NCBI GenBank assembly: GCA_964016885.1
Contig: OZ024764.1
Span: 27,280,001 to 27,344,000 of the forward strand
Source of the DNA: Eledone cirrhosa
Lineage: Eukaryota
Length of the DNA: 64,000 nucleotides
Direction: 5' to 3'
Shown: positions 61,344 to 64,000 of the stretch, one piece after another
Layout: each line of letters opens with the position of its first letter
How positions within the stretch are numbered: the first letter of the stretch is position 1
Program-made: the position numbers and the translations under genes
The notes under the pieces: model-generated
Told to the model about the DNA's origin: nothing
What the model saw: only the letters and a program-made list of their open reading frames with translations
Databases searched by the model: none

Positions 61344-64000
61344 GATTTATTAGCCACAGGGGCAGAGATGTCCATAACATTACATGACAGAATTATTAGC
61401 CACAGGGGCAGAGATTTCCATAACATTACATGTCAGAATTATTAGCCACAGGGGCAGAGATGTCCATAACATTACATGACAGAATTATTAGCCACAGGGG
61501 CAGAGATGACCATAACATTACATGACAATTATTAGCCACAGGGGCAGATATGTCAATAACATTACATGACAGAGTTTCATCTTGCGCTCTCTCTCTCTCG
61601 TTTCATCTCGCTCTCCCTCTCTCTCGTTTCATCTCTGTCTTCCTCTCAATCGTTTCATCTCGCTCTCTCTCTCTCTCGTTTCATCTCTGTCTTCCTCTCT
61701 CTCGTTCCATCTCTCTCTTCCTCTCTCTCGTTCCATCTCTCTCTTCTTCTCTTTCGTTTCATCTCTATCTCCCTTCTTTCATCTGTCTCTCTCTCTGTCG
61801 TTTCATCTCGCGCTCTCTCTCTCTCGTTTCATCTTGCGCTCTCTCTCTCTCGTTTCGTCTTGCTCTCTCTCTCTCTCGTTTCATCTCTGTCTTCCTCTCT
61901 CTCGTTCCATCTCTCTATTCCTCTCTCTCGTTCCATCTCTCTCATCCTCTCTCTCGTTTCATCTCTATCTCCCTCCTTTCATCTGTCTCTCTCTCTGTCG
62001 TTTCATCTCGCGCTCTCTCTCTCTCGTTTCATCTTGCGCTCTCTCTCTCTCGTTTCATCTCGTTCTCTCTCTCGTTTCATCTCTGTCTTCCTCTCTCTCG
62101 TTCCATCTCTCTCTTCCTCTCTCTCGTTCCATCTCTCTCTTCCTCTCTCTCGTTTCATCTCTATCTCCCTTCTTTCATCTGTCTCGCTCTCTGTCGTTTC
62201 ATCTCGCGCTCTCTCTCTCTCGTTTCATGTCGCGCTCTCTCTCTCTCGTTTCATCTCGCTCTCTCTCTCTCGTTTCATCTCTGTCTTCCTCTCTCTCGTG
62301 CCATCTCTCTCTTCCTCTCTCTCTTCCTCTCTCTCGTTTCATCTCTATCTCCCTTGTTTCATCTCTCTCTCGCTCTCTCGTTTCATCTCTCTCTCCCTCT
62401 CGTTTCATCTCGCTCTCTCTCTCCTGTTTCATCTCGCTCTCTCTCTCTCGTTTCATCTCTGTCTTCCTCTCTCTCGTTCCATCTCTGTCTTCCTCTCTCT
62501 CGTTCCATCTCTCGCTTCCTCTCTCTCGTTTCATCTCGCTCTCCCTCGTTTCATCTCTCTCTCGCTCTCTCGTTTCATCTCTCTCTCCCTCTCATTTCAT
62601 CTCGCTCTCTCTCTCCTGTTTCATCTGGCTCTCTCTCTCTCCTGTTTCATCTCGCTCTCTACTCTCGTTTCCTCTCTCTCTCTCGTTTCATCTCTCTCTC
62701 CCTCCCGTTTCATCTCGCTCTCTCTCTCTCATTTCATCTCGCTCTCTCTCTCTCGTTTCATCTCGCTCTCCCTCTCTCGTTTCATCCCGCTCTCACTCTC
62801 TCATTTCTTCTCGCTCTCTCTCTCTTGTTTCAACACTCTAATCCCTCACTTGTTTACTATCTCTCAGAATTATTAGCCACAGGGGCAGAGATGACCATAA
62901 CATTACATGTCAGAATTATTAGCCACAAGGGCAGAGATGTCCATAACATTACATGACAGAATTATTAGCCACAGGGGCAGAGATGACCATAACATTACAT
63001 GACAATTATTAGCCACAGGGGCAGATATGTCAATAACATTACATGACAGAGTTTCATCTCGCGCTCTCTCTCTCTCGTTTCATCTCGCTCTCTCTCTCTC
63101 GTTTCATCTCTGTCTTCCTCTCTCTCGTTCCATCTCTCTCTTCCTCTCTCTCGTTCCATCTCTCTCATCCTCTCTCTCGTTTCATCTCTATCTCCCTCCT
63201 TTCATCTGTCTCTCTCTCTGTCGTTTCATCTCGCGCTCTCTCTCTCTCGTTTCATCTCGCGCTCTCTCTGTCTCGTCTCATCTCGCTCTCTCTCTCTCTC
63301 GTTTCATCTCTGTCTTCCTCTCTCTCGTTCCATCTCTCTCTTCCTCTCTCTCGTTCCATCTCTCTCTTCCTCTCTCTCGTTTCATCTCTATCTCCCTCGT
63401 TTCATCTCTCTCTCGCTCTCTCGTTTCATCTCTCTCTCCCGCTCGTTTCTTTTCGCTCTCGCTCTCCTGTTTCATCTCGCTCTCTACTCTCGTTTCCTCT
63501 CTCTCATTTCCTCTCTCTCTCGTTTCCTCTCTGTCTCGTTTCATCTCGCTCTCTCTCTTTCTCGTTTGATCTCGCTCTCACTCTCTCGTTTCATCTCGCT
63601 TCTCTCACTCTCTTTTTTCATCTCGCTCTCTCTCTCTCTTCCTCTCTCTCTCTTGTTTCAACACTCTAATCCCTCACTTGTTTTATCTCTCTCTAATCCC
63701 TCACTTGGTTCATCTCTCTCAGAATTATTAGCCACAGGGGCAGAGATGTCCATAACATTACATGTCAGAATTATTAGCCACAGGGCAGAGATGTCCATAA
63801 CATTACATGTCAGAATTATTAGCCACTGGGGCAGAGATGTCCATAACATTACATGTCAGAATTATTAGCCACAGGGGTAGAGATGTCCATAACATTACAT
63901 GTCAGAATTATTAGCCACAGGGGCAGAGATGTCCATAACATTACATGACAGAATTATTAGCCACAGGGGCAGTGATGTCCATAACATTACATGACAATTA
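61344..64000 (-). repeat. Composite satellite, reverse polarity (runs off the window)
   Basis: Starts at the same junction as 3162 (AATTCTGATTTATTAGCC); arrays 61344-61571, 62864-63048, 63719-64000. Confidence 0.97.

Overview
Gene-free, repeat-dense animal DNA, probably octopus or another coleoid cephalopod (inferred from recognisable SINE, RTE-LINE and piggyBac-like MITE sequences; not database-checked). I find no intact protein-coding gene: the long S/L/R/E-rich ORFs are translations of GA satellite. The window appears to span one unit of a ~58.2-kb macro-repeat (1-~5700 recurs at ~58350-64000, including the same inversion junction at 3162 and 61343). Both ends hold a composite satellite of GAGATGAAAC-(GA)n blocks alternating with 46-bp tandem arrays, which reverses polarity to form a very large imperfect palindrome. 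The core (10.6-52 kb) is a nest of segmental duplications carrying seven pieces of a decayed Helitron RepHel gene, a 5'-truncated RTE LINE, CRE-like retrotransposon fragments, SINEs, hAT/piggyBac-like ends, 55-bp and 40-bp minisatellites, and two long inverted repeats. The most unusual structure occurs three times: the Helitron ends in a perfect 30-bp snap-back hairpin joined to a palindromic array of an 89-bp dumbbell-shaped monomer, whose centre is in opposite orientations in different copies. Coordinates were read by eye and boundaries are approximate.
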